Notes under the pieces: generated by a model
Databases searched by the model: none
Seen by the model: only the letters and a program-made list of their open reading frames with translations
What the model was told of the DNA's origin: nothing
Part shown: positions 32,155 through 49,379 of the stretch, in pieces
Layout of the letters: the number at the start of each line of letters is the position of its first letter
How positions within the stretch are numbered: position 1 is the stretch's first letter
Translations under genes and position numbers: made by a program
DNA from: Neocallimastix sp. 'constans'
Lineage: Eukaryota
Direction: 5' to 3'
Assembly: GCA_050613775.1 (NCBI GenBank)
Contig: JBODTK010000001.1
Span: 1,550,001-1,614,000, forward strand
Length of the DNA: 64,000 nt

Positions 32155-32477
32155 GAAAAAATACATAAAGCCACTATAATAAATATATAGACATATAGAT
32201 ATTTTTTTCTATTGTATACTAATTACATAGTTTTATTAACTGGAAATACAATTTTTTTTTTTTAAAAAAAAAAGGCAAAAAAAAAATTTTTTTTCAACAA
32301 AATCAAATTGTAATGAATTTCCTCATGTTTAATAAATATTACTGATAATTGTAAATGTTTTTATTTTGGTTATTGCTATTATTATCCTTATTATCCTTAT
32401 TATTACTGTTTTTATTTTTTATTATTTATTTTTATTTTTATTTTTATTTTTTTTAAAAAAAAAAATTATAAATGAAA

Positions 32478-34564
<2,087 letters not shown>

Positions 34565-34691
34565 TTTTTTTTATATTTATAACTTTTTTTAAATTATATA
34601 TATATATATATATAAATTTTCTACTTTTTTTTATTATTAAACTTAAAAATTAAAAATTAAAAAAAAAAAAAAAAATAAAAATAAAAAAATA

Positions 34692-34739
<48 letters not shown>

Positions 34740-35270
34740 TTTTTAATTATTTATTTTTTTTACTCGCATGAACAAATTTACTAAAATTTTAATTTTTATT
34801 AAAAAAAAATTAATGTATTTTTCAATCTAAACTAAAAAAAAAAAATACATGTATTATTTTAGTATCTCTTTATTAAAAATAGTGCTATACAACAATACTT
34901 TTTCGAAAAAAATAAAATAAAAATAAAAAAATAAAAATAAAAAAATAAAAAAATTGTAATAATAATTATTCATTCATTAATTGTAAAAAAAAAAAAAAAA
35001 AAAAAAAGTTATATTAAATATAAATTATATTATTACATTTATTTTATTTTATTTTATTTGATTATTTGATTATTATTGTTTCTTTAATAGTTATATCGAT
35101 AAAGAGAAAATATTAACATCAAAAGGTATATATTTATTGCTGAACTAAGTACAAGTACTTTTTTTAAAAAAAAATAAAAAAAAATTTTTATCTCTATTCA
35201 TATAAATAATAAATATAAATGATATAAAAAAAATATTAAAATATATATAAATTTATATATATAAAAGTTA

Positions 35271-35305
<35 letters not shown>

Positions 35306-35455
35306 TCTTATTATTATTTTTAATATATTTATATATTTCCCTGAATTCTATTTCCAGAAAAAAAAAAATACTGAAATAAATAAATTAAATATAAAATTAT
35401 TTCATAAAATGAATATATAAAATTAAAAATTTAGAATTAAAATTAAAATACAAAA

Positions 35456-36654
35456 TTACATGGTATACCATTTATATAATAAATTACTACGTTTATAATA
35501 TTTATCATTTTCTAAAATAAAAATAGCATCCTTTAATATAACACGATACATATCTTTCTGTGATATGGTACGACGTAAGGCATTTCTACTCTTGGAGCCA
35601 CTTAAACGACCTTGAGAACCATCCTCTTTACGTTTTAAAAGTGAACTACCTGATTTACCACTTTTACTTGCTCCAAAACTTCTCTTAGAACTAAATCCCT
35701 TATCACCACTACCTTCATCTCCTGATTTTTTATCTCCTTTACTATCACCTTTAGATTGGGAGGAACTACTCTTATGGAAATGAAGAGAAGAAGCTCGCCA
35801 TTCATCATTGGAACTTTGGGTCATCCAACTATACTTTTTACCAGATCCACCTGCAGCTCTTAAGGCTGTTTCATTAGTAATTCTTTGTTTTACTGCATCT
35901 GGAACATCTTTATTCTTTACCGTTTTATTCTTTTTACGTTTAGAGGCACCCTTACCATCACCATCTTTTCCATCACCTCTTCCTTCCTCCTCTTCACCAC
36001 GACGTTGTCTCTCTCGACGTTCTTTATCTCTTTCATAACGTTCAATAAGTTGTAATGATTTTTTTACATCATCTTTGACAACAACTGAAAATTCATAAGT
36101 TTCTTCACCTACTTTAGCTTTTTTAGCCTTACTTTCTTCCATAAAAAAATCATGAAGTAAACCAACTCTATGTTTACTGGCCAAAATCATTTGTTCCACT
36201 AAACTTCGTATTCTTTCTTGAGCTGCTAATGCTAAGCAATTATAATAATCTGGATCTACTTTTGTAATATCATTTTTAGAGGTAATTTCTTCTACCATTT
36301 TAGAAAGAAATGGTATACTTAAGAAGGATTGAGCTTTAGAACGATCTTCAGTTGAATTAATTTGTTGTTGTTGCATATTTAAAATTTCATTATCTCTCAA
36401 AATATTATCAGTTTCCTCTTTTAAATCTACTCCTACATACTTCATAACATCACCTAAACTTTCAGAATCTAGCTTAGTAACATCAATTTCTTGAGTTTTT
36501 GATGTATTATTATTAACTTTATTACCACCAATACCTGGGGTATCAATAGGAAAGAGTGGGTTCATGCGAGGTGGTGGTGGTCCCATATAGTTAGTATTAT
36601 TATTTGCTTCTGATTTCGTTTTCTTTACTGTTGATGAATTAGTAAGAACCATAA

Positions 36655-36708
<54 letters not shown>

Positions 36709-37048
36709 AAGAGTTAAGGTAATAAAATAAAATAAAACTAAAAATGATATTTTATTTATAAAATTATATTAATATATATTTGCGTATAGATAATTTTATA
36801 AAAATAATAATAATAATAACTTGATAAATATTTATAAAATAAATATATAAAAAAGGATATTTTTCTTCTAATTTACGTTTCTTTGTTGAATTAAGCTTAT
36901 CTTCTGTTGTAGTTGTTTTTGAAAAAATCTTTTCATTTAGATAAAGATATTTATATATAATTTAATAAAATAATATTATATATATATATATATTGAATTT
37001 ATAGAATAAAAAAAAATAATAATAATAATTAAATATATAAATAAATTA

Positions 37049-37087
<39 letters not shown>

Positions 37088-38297
37088 ATATATTATATTT
37101 ATTATAAAATAAAATAATATATATAATAGATACTTGTAATTTCAAATTTTGTAAGGTTTGCAATTGATTTGCCGTTAAATAATCTTTGGTTTTATTTATA
37201 AATTGATCCAGTGTTATTTGATTTAACTTTCATTTTAAATAAATGTTGAATATTAATAAAGATATTATAAAATATTAAATAAAATATATAATAAAATATT
37301 AATTATTTTATTTATTTTTAACAAAAGTTCTAAATGAAATCTTTTAAATATATATTATTTAAAAATTTAATGAATATTATTTTATTATAATTACTTTTAA
37401 TTTATTGAAATCATCAATTAATTTATTTTTAAATTCTGGTTTTAATTGTTCTAAAGTTGCGGTATAAAATGGTAAAAGTGCATCATAATAATTAATTCCT
37501 GTTAAAGGATTAATTGAACTAGTTAAATTTGATGCTAACGCACTTGCTAAATTTGGTATAACAGGGTTTGTTGCATTTGATTTTAATGGAAGCGTAGGAG
37601 TTATAGGTTGATTTGGAAGTCGTGATTGTAATAAAGGTTGTCCTTTACGAGCTGCAGCTGTAGCAACAGCTAATGGATTTGGAATTAATGATGGTCTTGG
37701 TGATGAACCAACGGGTGAAATTGGTTTTGGAGGTCTTGCTTTAAATGGTTGATTTCGTGGAATGGCTGCCTTAAAGTTTGGATATTTCTGTATATTTTTT
37801 AATATATCGGTATGTAAAGGTGATGAAGCATTATTTAAAGTAAAAGGGTAAACTGGAGGTATTAAAGGTAACGGTAATGTACTATTTATCGTTGAATTAA
37901 GAGTTGCTAATGATGGTTGATTTATAAGTGGTGATGAAGACAATAAATTTGGAGTAGTAAGTGGTATTTCCTGTGAAGAAGGTTCTTCTGAAGTAGAATT
38001 AGAAGATTTTGAAATATTTATTGAATTTGTTTTTAATTCTGAGGTATAATTAGAATTTGTAGTATTTGTAATTGATGTCTCTATTTTTGAGGTATTAGAA
38101 GTATTAGAAGTAATATCATCAGACGCTTCTGTAGGATGAGTTATACTACTAAAATCAAAATCTAATATCATTCCTGAATCAACATTAGGTGTTTCAACAG
38201 AAACTGTAGTTGAGGTTTGAATGGATGAATCTTGATTAATGGATGGTGTACTATTGCTTATATGAAGAGTTGAACTATTACTTTGTGAATTATCCAT
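35456..38297 (-). CDS. TAF4: TFIID subunit TAF4 (histone-fold), 4 exons
   Basis: Low-complexity S/T/P N-terminus followed by the TAF4-type motifs DVMKYVGVDLKEE, ALAAQERIRSLVE...HR, NETALRAAG and RVILKDAIFILE. Exons join in frame through GT-AG introns. Confidence 0.85.
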
Positions 38298-39534
38298 CTT
38301 GTTTATATATTACTTATATAATATTAAATGAAATTTGAAATCCTAAATATATATATTAAAAAAAGATATAATAATAACAATAAGATTTCACATATATTTT
38401 ACAAAAATTTAAATTTTAAAATTGAATTTTCAATTTTCAAAATTTAAATATAATATATATATGCAAAAAAAAGAAATTAAAATAAAAAAAAAATAAAATT
38501 GTATAAATTATAATATTTATGATAAAATTATGTGATAATTGTATATTTTTATGTTTTATGCTTTAGAAATGCCGCATGCTATCACATGTTGATAAAAATT
38601 AGCTTTTTTTTTGTTTAACTTTATCAAATTTAAAAATACTATCAATGAATTATCAAAATTTTGATTAAATATATCCTTTTTTTTTTTTTTTTTTTTCTTT
38701 AAATGAAAGTATAAAAAGAATTACTAATAATAAAATAAATATGAGAACATGAATAAATTTAAAATACAAATTGAAAAAAAAAAAAAATAAAAATGAAATG
38801 AAATGAAAAGTACAAATATATATGTAAATTACAGATTGAGTAAATAAGATAAAATATAATGATTCTGATATTAAAAAATACAATGAAACTTTGAATAAAA
38901 AAAAATCACTACTTTTATTTATATAATATAATATTAATAATGTATATGTTACATTTTATAATCTATAAAAGAAAAATATGATAATCTACATTAAATACGG
39001 AATTAATGATCTAATATTTACATATACAGAAAAAAAAAATGTAAAACAAATAAAATAGTATAAAATGAAAATTAAAATTTCAATATATATATATATATTA
39101 GTACATATTAATTAATAAATATACTTTACATTTATCAAATTCTTTTATTCTAATTTATATATACCTCTATGAAATTTAAATATTATATTTATAAAAAAAA
39201 AAAAAAAAAAAAATTAAAAATAAATAAAAAGGTAAAAAATAATAACGAACGAATAATCATTAATTTAAATGCTTTTTTTATTTTGTTTTGTTTGATATAA
39301 TTAACTTTATATTTCTGTTTATATAAAAATGAAGTATTAAATAAATTAGCTAAAATAATAAGTAATGATTTGAACGATATTAATAAAAAATTTTATGATA
39401 TATTGATATATAGTTAATATGTAACTATTAAATTATTAAATGCTAAAATTAAAAACAAATAAAATATAAATAAATAGATAATAAAAAATTTTATCATTTT
39501 ATTTTTCTATATTTAAATTTTTGTGAAAAATAAT

Positions 39535-40538
39535 TTAGTTGCGACCAGTTGAACCAAAACCACCAGCACCTCTTGTAGTTTCGTCAAGTTCCTATTTTAA
39601 AAATTGATAAAAAAAATTTGTTATTATCTTTATTATTATTAAAAAATTAAAACAAATTTAAAACTATATATTTAATTTTAATTTTTTACAAATAATATCT
39701 TAATGTCTACTCTACTTACATCAACTTCAACAACTTCTGGTATATAAATTCTTTCTAAAATTAATTGAGCAATTCTATCACCCTTCTTAACAACAAATTC
39801 TTTTTCACCAAAGTTGAACATAATGACACCGACATTTCCTCTATAATCAGAATCAACAACACCACCACCTAAATCAATAAAATGTTTAAAAGCTAAACCG
39901 CTATTTGAAAGACATTAATTATATTATTAATTATTTGTTTAATTATTATTAAAACAATAAATATAAATAGAATTAATATATATATATTCAAATTAATTAC
40001 CTTCTAGGAGCAATGCGACCATAACAATCTCTTGGAATCTTAATTGCGATATCAGTTTTAACAAGTTTTCTAGAATTTGGTGGTATAACTTCATCATATG
40101 CACTAAAATTATATATTTAAAAGTAATGTTTTCATATTAGATATCCATCTATCATATTCTTATATAAATTTTTTAATGATTATTAATAATTAAAAAAACA
40201 TTAACTTAATTTTTTTTAATAATTATTAATAATTAAAAAAATATCTATTTTTAAGTTATATTTTATTTTTTTTAAGTATAAAATTAATACTTATTTTGTA
40301 CATATATAAGATAATAAATATTAATTTTTTATTTTCGTTGTTTTAAATTTTAGAATCTATCTATTAACCTTCTTAAGTCCATACCAGCACTACCATCAGT
40401 TTCACGTTTTGGAATAAATGCATTTTCACTTAATTTCTTTATATAAATTTTAATATTTCTATCAGTGACAGCAACACCTTCATCAGAATTACTTTCAATT
40501 TTTCTTTTCTTATCATTACTATAACCGTCTTCACCCAT
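39535..40538 (-). CDS. DUT1: dUTP pyrophosphatase, 4 exons
   Basis: All five dUTPase motifs are present: [29 protein letters not shown] and [10 protein letters not shown]. There is an N-terminal KKRK, and TAA is at 39535-39537. Confidence 0.96.
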
Positions 40539-40687
40539 TTTATTTTTTAATTTATTATATAAAATAATATTATATATAAATAATTTTACTATAGTATATT
40601 GTTAAAAATAAGTTTAAAAAAAAAAAAAAAAAAAAAAGAAACTCAAAATTATTATTTTCTTTTTATAGTAAAATTTATTATAATTAA

Positions 40688-40731
<44 letters not shown>

Positions 40732-40883
40732 TGTCCTTAACCTCAAATATTATCCAATAAAATAAAAGAATTTTCATTATTAAATTAATTTTTTTAAAAA
40801 TTATTTTTAAATTAAAAAATCATTAAATTTTTTCTAATTAATCCCTAATTGCTATTAAATAATACTATGTATAAGTTTATAAA

Positions 40884-40993
<110 letters not shown>

Positions 40994-41059
40994 GTGTATT
41001 AGGAAATTTTATCTCTCCACTATATAAAGGTAAGATCATTGATAAATTTCTTTCATTAT

Positions 41060-41620
41060 TTTTTATTATTATCATTATTATTGTCATTCCTATTTTTATC
41101 CTGGAGGTTAGTAATCGGTACTAATACATATAAGGTTTCTAGATTGACCCGCGACTACCTCCTGAATTCATATGGGGGTTATTTTCATCCTCCCAGGGTG
41201 TTTTTCCCTATAAATGAAATTGGTGTTCCTTCGCCATGGTAAATATTCATGATGCTAGACGGAGTGCACTTGATCTGTAAGAGGATTAGTGTAGCTATTC
41301 CTTCCTCAATAATGGTTCAAAAGATCACTGAAAAGAAGTTCGTTGTATAAAGCGGCATATAGAGAATGTCTTTCATATTAGTCTTGCCAAGGGAGAGGTC
41401 TCAGTCGACGTCGAAACGATATAGCAAATAATCCAATAAGAGTCTGGTACTAATACGTTTAAGGGAGAGAATAGAGGCCCTTATTGTCCTCCCCTCTCGT
41501 TAATCCCATTATACAAAAAATTATTATAATTATTATCATTATTATTTATTATTATTATTTATTATTATTTATTATTATTTATTATTATTTATTATTATTT
41601 ATTATTATTTATTATTATTA
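41060..41620 (+). mobile_element. Probable LINE 3'-end fragment followed by an (ATTATTATTT)n tract
   Basis: GC-richer island with the shared tail motif ctcagtcgacgtcgaaacgatatagca at 41400-41426, ending in an A-run plus a 10-mer tandem repeat. Confidence 0.5.
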
Positions 41621-44225
41621 ATTGAATTGCACTTTAAGAAACAGAACCATAAAAAAAAAATTAAATTTTATAATTTTTTTTTTCGACTATTAATATATTT
41701 TCTATTTTTTCATAATATATTCATATTCTTTTTAAATGTTAATACTATTTAGTTATTATATAAATTATTTTTCAAATATTTTATAAATAGATAATAAAAA
41801 AAAAATTACACATTATCTCTTAGTATATATATTTAAATTTTAATAATTTACTGTAATAAAAAAATGACTTTTACGTCAAAAAAAAAATGTTGTAAATATA
41901 TAAAATCCGAAAATAATTTAGCAGAGGTTTCACAAAATATTTAATTGAACCTGAACCTCAAATTATAAAATATAGGAATATGCCTTATTAACAAAAATAT
42001 AGAATGTCAAACTTTTAAATTATTAAGATTTAATTTCATATATATATAATTATAAATATAATAATAATATTTATAATAAAATTAATGTAATAGTTTAATT
42101 TAATATGGCATATATAGTAATAATGTAATGTGTTTATGACTTTTATATTTAATTAGTGTATAAGCCACATTATATTAATATAGAAGCATTTTATAATTAA
42201 TAAGTGCAATATATATATATTAGATAAGCATAAATTTTTGACTCTAAACAAAAATAATCATTATTTAAAATAAATTTATGAAATAGTAAGGTTTAATATT
42301 TTAAAAATTTTACTATTTATTTATTTTGTATTTTAAATAAAATCTTTAAGTTTTTAATTATTTCTTTACTGATTATTATATTGATTATCTTTATTAATGT
42401 TTATTTTATATCATTTACATAATTCATTTGAGATATTTCTTTCCTAATACAATGAAATTATTTCTTTCTAAACATTTCACAATAATAATTTTAAATTAAT
42501 ATTATAACATCATAATAAAAATAATAGAATAATGTAAAAATAATAGAATAATGTAAAAATAATAATATGAATATACCATAATTATTATTCATTTATTTAT
42601 TAAATATTTAATACTAAAATTTATTATTAGATATTTTCTAAAATGTGGCAATGAATAATAGAAGTAATAATTAAAATAAGAATAAAAATCAATAATTATA
42701 TTTATTGTAATAATAATTATAAAATTATGAAATAGCAATATATATTATTGATTCTATTTATAATTTATATTTATTATATTATTACATTACTGATATTATT
42801 GGTTAGTGTATGTGATAATTATTATTAAATGTAAATATTTTGTACATTAAATCAAACAAAATAACTCTAAATATTAATATATTTAAAAGGTTTATAATAG
42901 TTTTAAAGTGTTTCAGTTTAAACAATAAATTTATTGGCAATAGCTAATATAATATTAATTGTATAAGAACGTATTATACTATATTAAGATTTATTAACTT
43001 TCTAATAATTAATAATTATTTAATATACAAATAATAATAAATAAAGTTTAATATTAACTTGACAATACACAATATCATTTTATTTATATTTATTTTCTTT
43101 ATAAAGTAATATATAATTCTAATTTATTATAAAATTATATATATTATATTTTTGATATTTTTTAATATTATTAATTTATAATATTATTTATTTATACATT
43201 TAATTAGTTGATATTTATTTAGGTATTCATTTATTATTTAAAATAAGAAAAAAATATATATAAAAATTTATCCTATTCGATTATAACTAAAACTATACAA
43301 AATATCTTTTTTTACAATTTTAAATTATTTTTAATATATTTGAAAATATAACAAATCAATATTATAGTAAATATAATAATTTTATTTATATTGATTATAA
43401 TTTAATATATTATTTTTAAATTAAATTTTTATTGTGAAATATTTTTATTAAAAAATTATATTAATTATTTATATATACATATTTATTTATTTAATATTTA
43501 TATATTCATTTATATAAATTTATTTTTTTTACTTTTTTTATTCATTCATTAAATATTTTGTGTTCATTTAATTTTATTATTAGAAAAATCCATAAATATC
43601 AAAAATGAATAAAAGTAGCTTTTTTCTTCTTTATTTTTTTTTTTTTTTCTTTGAAAAAATTTTTAAAATAAATTCGCTTATATTAAAGCAAAACATTTAA
43701 AAAAAAACAAACGATATTATTATTATAAAACTTTTTATTTTATAATTAATAATATAATAAAAAGTTAAGACTTTAGCAAATAAAGGTTTTAATTTTATTA
43801 TTATATTATTTAAATTTATTATATATATTATATTTTAGTAATTTTATAAATACTATATAAAAAGGTAAATTCAATAAAAAAAAATACTTATTTACAGATT
43901 AAAGAATAAAATAATATAAAGTAAAAAAGTATATAAAAAATATATATATATTGTAATATATTATAAGGAATTAAATTATTAAAAGTATATGTTTATATTG
44001 TATCGTATTAAATATATATTGTTATATTAATATAGAAATCAAAGAAAAAATAAAAGAAAAACAGAAGTAATATACAATAAAATTAAAAAAGCAATACTAT
44101 TAATATAATTAGAACATATTAAACATATTATTAAAAGAGCCCAAAAATCATTAAATAAAACCAAATAAACGTTATTAGATTAAATTAAATATAAATTATT
44201 ATAGATATCTATAAATATAAAAAAT

Positions 44226-45257
44226 ATGGGTAAGAAGGCTGTTTTAAAGTTTTTCATTTTTACTTTCTACGCTGTTTCTGGAGTGATTACTTTATTATTA
44301 TTATGTTTGCCAGCATGGGATAATAAAGGAACATCAAAAGTAGGTATTTTCCTTGAGGATAACGAAAGTAGTGGTCTTAAGTTTGGTTACATGCCAAATT
44401 CTGAATCTAACCAAAGTAGTATTTATCAATTAATGGTTTACACAGTTATTTACTTGCTTATAGTGGCCATTCTTAATATTGCTTTGATTGGTTTTGCTTC
44501 TTTAGATAGTAATAAGGTTGCCAAGTGGCTACATGTTATTATTTGTTGTGCTCATGCAACTGGCCTTGTATTCATCTTCCTCATTTATAGTATTAGATAT
44601 ATAGCTGAATTTGTTGCTCCATTAAGAAACTATTATTTAACTATTTTTGGCATTCTTGTCGATTTTATTTTAATTCTTCTTTTAATTATGTACAAGAGAA
44701 AGAAGAATGTTAAAACCGATGAAGTCCCTGATATTATTGTTGAAGGTGGTGAAGTTCAAGGTGAAGAATTATCAAAAATTGACTCTAGAAAAAGTACTAT
44801 CAAAAAGAATAATTCAAAGAATCCACAATTAATTTCTGAAGGAAATGCTGTTCCATTATACTATGGTGGTCAGGAAATTGTTGAGCATCAACCAACTGTT
44901 AAGCCAGTCATTGATGAAAGTAAGATTGTTGTTTCTGACAATATTGTTGGTAACAATAGTTACTTGGAAGGTAATGGTAACCAATTCCAATACAGTCCAA
45001 ATCAACAAATTGAAATTGCAACAACTTACGCACAACCAACTGAAAATATTCAATCTCCACCATATAACACAGTTAATAACCAAAAACTTAACTCTCAATA
45101 TACTTACAATGAATCTAATCCATATCCAGTAGCTCATGATACCGTTTATAAAAAGATTCCAGAAGTTCCAAGCATTAGTAAGAAGGAAGAAACTCAAAAT
45201 GATATCTTTAAGATTCCAGAAGTTCCAACTATTACTAAAAAATATGAAACTAAGTAA
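44226..45257 (+). CDS. Hypothetical intronless membrane protein (about 4 TM helices plus a hydrophilic tail)
   Basis: 343-aa ORF that is clearly more GC-rich than its flanks, with four hydrophobic segments in residues 1-155 and a duplicated KIPEVP motif near the C-terminus. Confidence 0.8.
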   Translation: MGKKAVLKFFIFTFYAVSGVITLLLLCLPAWDNKGTSKVGIFLEDNESSGLKFGYMPNSESNQSSIYQLMVYTVIYLLIVAILNIALIGFASLDSNKVAKWLHVIICCAHATGLVFIFLIYSIRYIAEFVAPLRNYYLTIFGILVDFILILLLIMYKRKKNVKTDEVPDIIVEGGEVQGEELSKIDSRKSTIKKNNSKNPQLISEGNAVPLYYGGQEIVEHQPTVKPVIDESKIVVSDNIVGNNSYLEGNGNQFQYSPNQQIEIATTYAQPTENIQSPPYNTVNNQKLNSQYTYNESNPYPVAHDTVYKKIPEVPSISKKEETQNDIFKIPEVPTITKKYETK

Positions 45258-45656
45258 AAAAATTTGAGAGTAAAGGGAAAAATAAAATGAAAAATAGAAA
45301 AATAGTATTAGAAAAATAAAATAAAAAATTAAAAAAAAAAAAATTAACACATATGCTTTTCAATTTATTTTTAAATGATTTATTTAAAATATATATATAC
45401 AATTTTTAATTGATTTTATATTTTTTTTTTATTATATAGTTTATTTTCTTATTACATTATTCAAAAACAGTATATTCTTATTACTATAAATATTAAAGAT
45501 GTAAATAATATATTTATATTTATAACAATAACAATAACAATAGTAATATTTTCCTTTTCAAAAATTAAATCAGTCCCAAAAAAAAAAAAAAAAAGAAATG
45601 AAAATAAAAGTTCATAAAAATTAAATTATTTAAAATAATTTAAATAATTTATAAAA

Positions 45657-45705
<49 letters not shown>

Positions 45706-46131
45706 CATCAAAGAATTAAAATTAACTATTTTAGCTTATTTTATTTTGTTTTATTTTTCTTTTTTATTTTATTTTGGTTGATTGGTGGGTTGTTTCCGTT
45801 TCTTTAACAATATAAATAAGAAGTTTGGATTTTGAATAATTATTATGAATGCTAACTTTTAATAATTTAATAATAATAATAATAATAATAATAAATTATA
45901 ACATTATTAAATAATAAAAATACATATATATATATGTATTTTTATTATATATTGGTAGGTAGTGTTAATCCTTTAATTATTTTTTAATTTTTTAATTTTT
46001 TTTTTTGCTTTGTTTTATTTTAATTTGTTTTTTTTTTTAAAAAAAATATTATTAATATTTCAATTCATTATAAATTTGTTATTAAATATTATTAATATTG
46101 AAATTGCATTATTATTCTCACTTAAAATAAC

Positions 46132-46488
<357 letters not shown>

Positions 46489-46649
46489 ATTCAATAAAAA
46501 AATATATATATATATAACAAATAACATCCATCATTATGAATATTTCATGTTTTTAAATTGTGTTTTAAACATGAAAGATTTTATAATACTATCTCAAAAA
46601 ATGTTCATAATTTTCAATTTTCTCTTTTTTTTTTTTTTTTTTTTTTTAG

Positions 46650-46772
46650 AATGGACGAATTAAATGTGAATTTAAATTTGATGTAAAATCCTTTCTTTTA
46701 GGAGACGTATCACCCTTCTAGAAGGTTTTTTTGAGGGAAGACCATCTTAATTCTCATTGTACCTAGGGTTAT

Positions 46773-46826
<54 letters not shown>

Positions 46827-47158
46827 AAATATTGCACCATGTATGTTTTTAGGACTATCCATTGTTTATTGCAATTGTTTATAATTCAAGTTATTAATTA
46901 ATTAATTTTTTTTTAGAGAGAAAAAAAAAAAAAAAAAAAAATATAAGAAATAGTATCATTTTTCTTCCATGTATCTAATCAGAGATAGTGAAAATAATAG
47001 TATCATTACGAATAATGTAGTGGTTAGGTCAATTATTTGGGGAAAATTGTGTTAATATAACTAATTTTCTGAATAATAAGTGTATAAAATATATATGTGA
47101 CGTGGAATCGATTATGTAACTTTCTTCTTAGAGGAAGATATGCAGGCATTATTGATTT

Positions 47159-47203
<45 letters not shown>

Positions 47204-47500
47204 AATGAGGTATTTTGTTTAAGAACCAAATCATTTTCTAATGATTATTCTAAAACGACATTCTTGGTACAATCTGCTAGCTCTCTCTTTATAAAAATTA
47301 TGGTTTAGGGCCAAGTGACTCCACAAAGATTTGCTAACTAACCAGGAGCGTCAGAGCTGAAAATGCAATAAGACAGGCTAACAAGGTCAATGACTCTGAA
47401 GGAGAAGAAGACCATAATTTCTTTCAGATGGTCAATTTAAAATACTAATCCAGAATGAGAATTCTTTTTAAAACAGAGATCTTATAATCTGGAGGTGAGG
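46650..47500 (+). mobile_element. Degenerate LINE-like fragment, same family as 13397-13922
   Basis: 47085-47430 aligns with the reverse complement of 13580-13910 (e.g. taagacaggcta..., gaagaccataatttctttca). It is interrupted by long A-runs. Confidence 0.6.
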
Positions 47501-48099
47501 TTCACTGTATATGAACTTTTTCCCGATTTTATTTATACACTTTATTTTTTATTTTGAATATTACTTTTTATTTCAAATTACTATTTAAAATATTATTATA
47601 TTCTTATTGGACAAATAATCTTTAATTTTTTATTAACTGTGTGTGTGTGTGTTTTTAAAAAAAAAAAAAAAAACACACACAAAGAAAAAAATATTCATGT
47701 AATTAATAAATAATTAAAATAGAAAACTACTTCATCATAAGAGTAAAATAATAATACGGATTATTTATATCATTACAAAGTACTTACTTGTTAAAATAAT
47801 AAATTGATTGATTACTTCAACTATTCCCACTTTTAACTCTATAAATTATAATAGAACCAGATAATATTTTGAACCCACTATTCCTATTTTTGATTGTCCT
47901 CTGGAGGCTAATCCCTTCATGAATACTCGAACATTTTAACTTCGCTGAATCAGCTGGAATATTAATAGTTGAAACTCTAAAAAAAAAAAAATGCCGAACT
48001 CACTCATTTTAATTCAATTTTTAATCCTATTTGTAGTTGTCTTCAAGATGTCTGTAATAGTTTATTCTTGAATTCTTTCTCTAATTCCTATTTATTTCT

Positions 48100-48322
48100 T
48101 AATCATTATAAAACAGTACACTGAGACGTGCAGAAATGAAAATCCCTGGTATATATGGTCTTTATATTGGTATCCATAATTCCTGCCAATTCACTAATGA
48201 CAATTTAGAATATAGATATATACTCTCAATCAATATAGTTTCCTTTTGAGATATTCGATGTTCATTAAAAAACATTTACATTCCTTCTAAAAAAAAAAAA
48301 AAAGTAAAGTCTTTAGAAATAA

Positions 48323-48370
<48 letters not shown>

Positions 48371-48570
48371 GATTTTACTAATTGGCTTACGAATCACCAA
48401 AATAACTCTTTTGCTATTGTTGGTGATTTCATCATGACTAAACAGCTATTTAAAGATTTTTTATTCTTTAGAATTTCTCCTCAATGGTTTGTTATGGATA
48501 TGGTTGGTCACCATTTTACCTGCTCTAATGATGGAAAGATTTTTTGTATTGATTTTCACAATAATGGCAG
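48100..48570 (+). pseudogene. LINE APE-type endonuclease remnant
   Basis: Fragments read CSLKNIYIPS, NWLTNHQNNSFAIVGDF and HFTCSNDGKIFCID, resembling the APE xYxP, GDFN and IDH motifs. Frameshifted. Confidence 0.55.
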
Positions 48571-49135
48571 TTAAAAGAAAAAAAAAATTATAAGAATATA
48601 TTGACTTTATAGTTGTTAACAATAAATTTAGAGATTAACTAAATATAAATACTTTCAGTTCATTACTAAATCTATATCTTACCATGCTCGTTCAAATTTT
48701 AATGGTAAACTTTCAAAAGAATTTTCAATATATCGCAGTTGTGTTTTATGACTGAAATTACGGTGATATATAATTCATTATACCAATAATTTAGGTATTC
48801 AGAATTATCCATTTTCAAATAACTTTTTAAAGTTTTGCCATTTTTTGTCAAGTGTGTTCTAAATCGTTTTATATACTTAAGAATGTTAGAGGTGACACTT
48901 GAAATAATGACTGAATTTTTATCCTAGGTCTTTGATTTTGCCTTTTCCACGACATTCTGTTGTTCATTAATACGTTCCTTAAGATTATTATTAATTTCTT
49001 AGTATAATTCATCATTACTTTTATTGATGAATTCTCTAGGAAGGCTTCGATAATCACTATGAAAAGAAAATCAGATGAATTAATATTATTGTTAAAGTAT
49101 TTTGAGATGTATCGATTAATATAAGGATTTCTCTC

Positions 49136-49178
<43 letters not shown>

Positions 49179-49379
49179 GGGTCTTCCTCAAGATTCAATA
49201 ACGATTCAAATTCTTATTATTTAATCATGGACTATAATAATTTTTCTTTACATCAAATAAGAGAAGTGATGTTTCAAGAAGACACCCCAGTTAACCTGTA
49301 TAATCATCAAGGATATTATAAAGAGAATAATAATAATTGATAACTTGTCATTTATTACTAAATCATTTAAAAATAAAGG

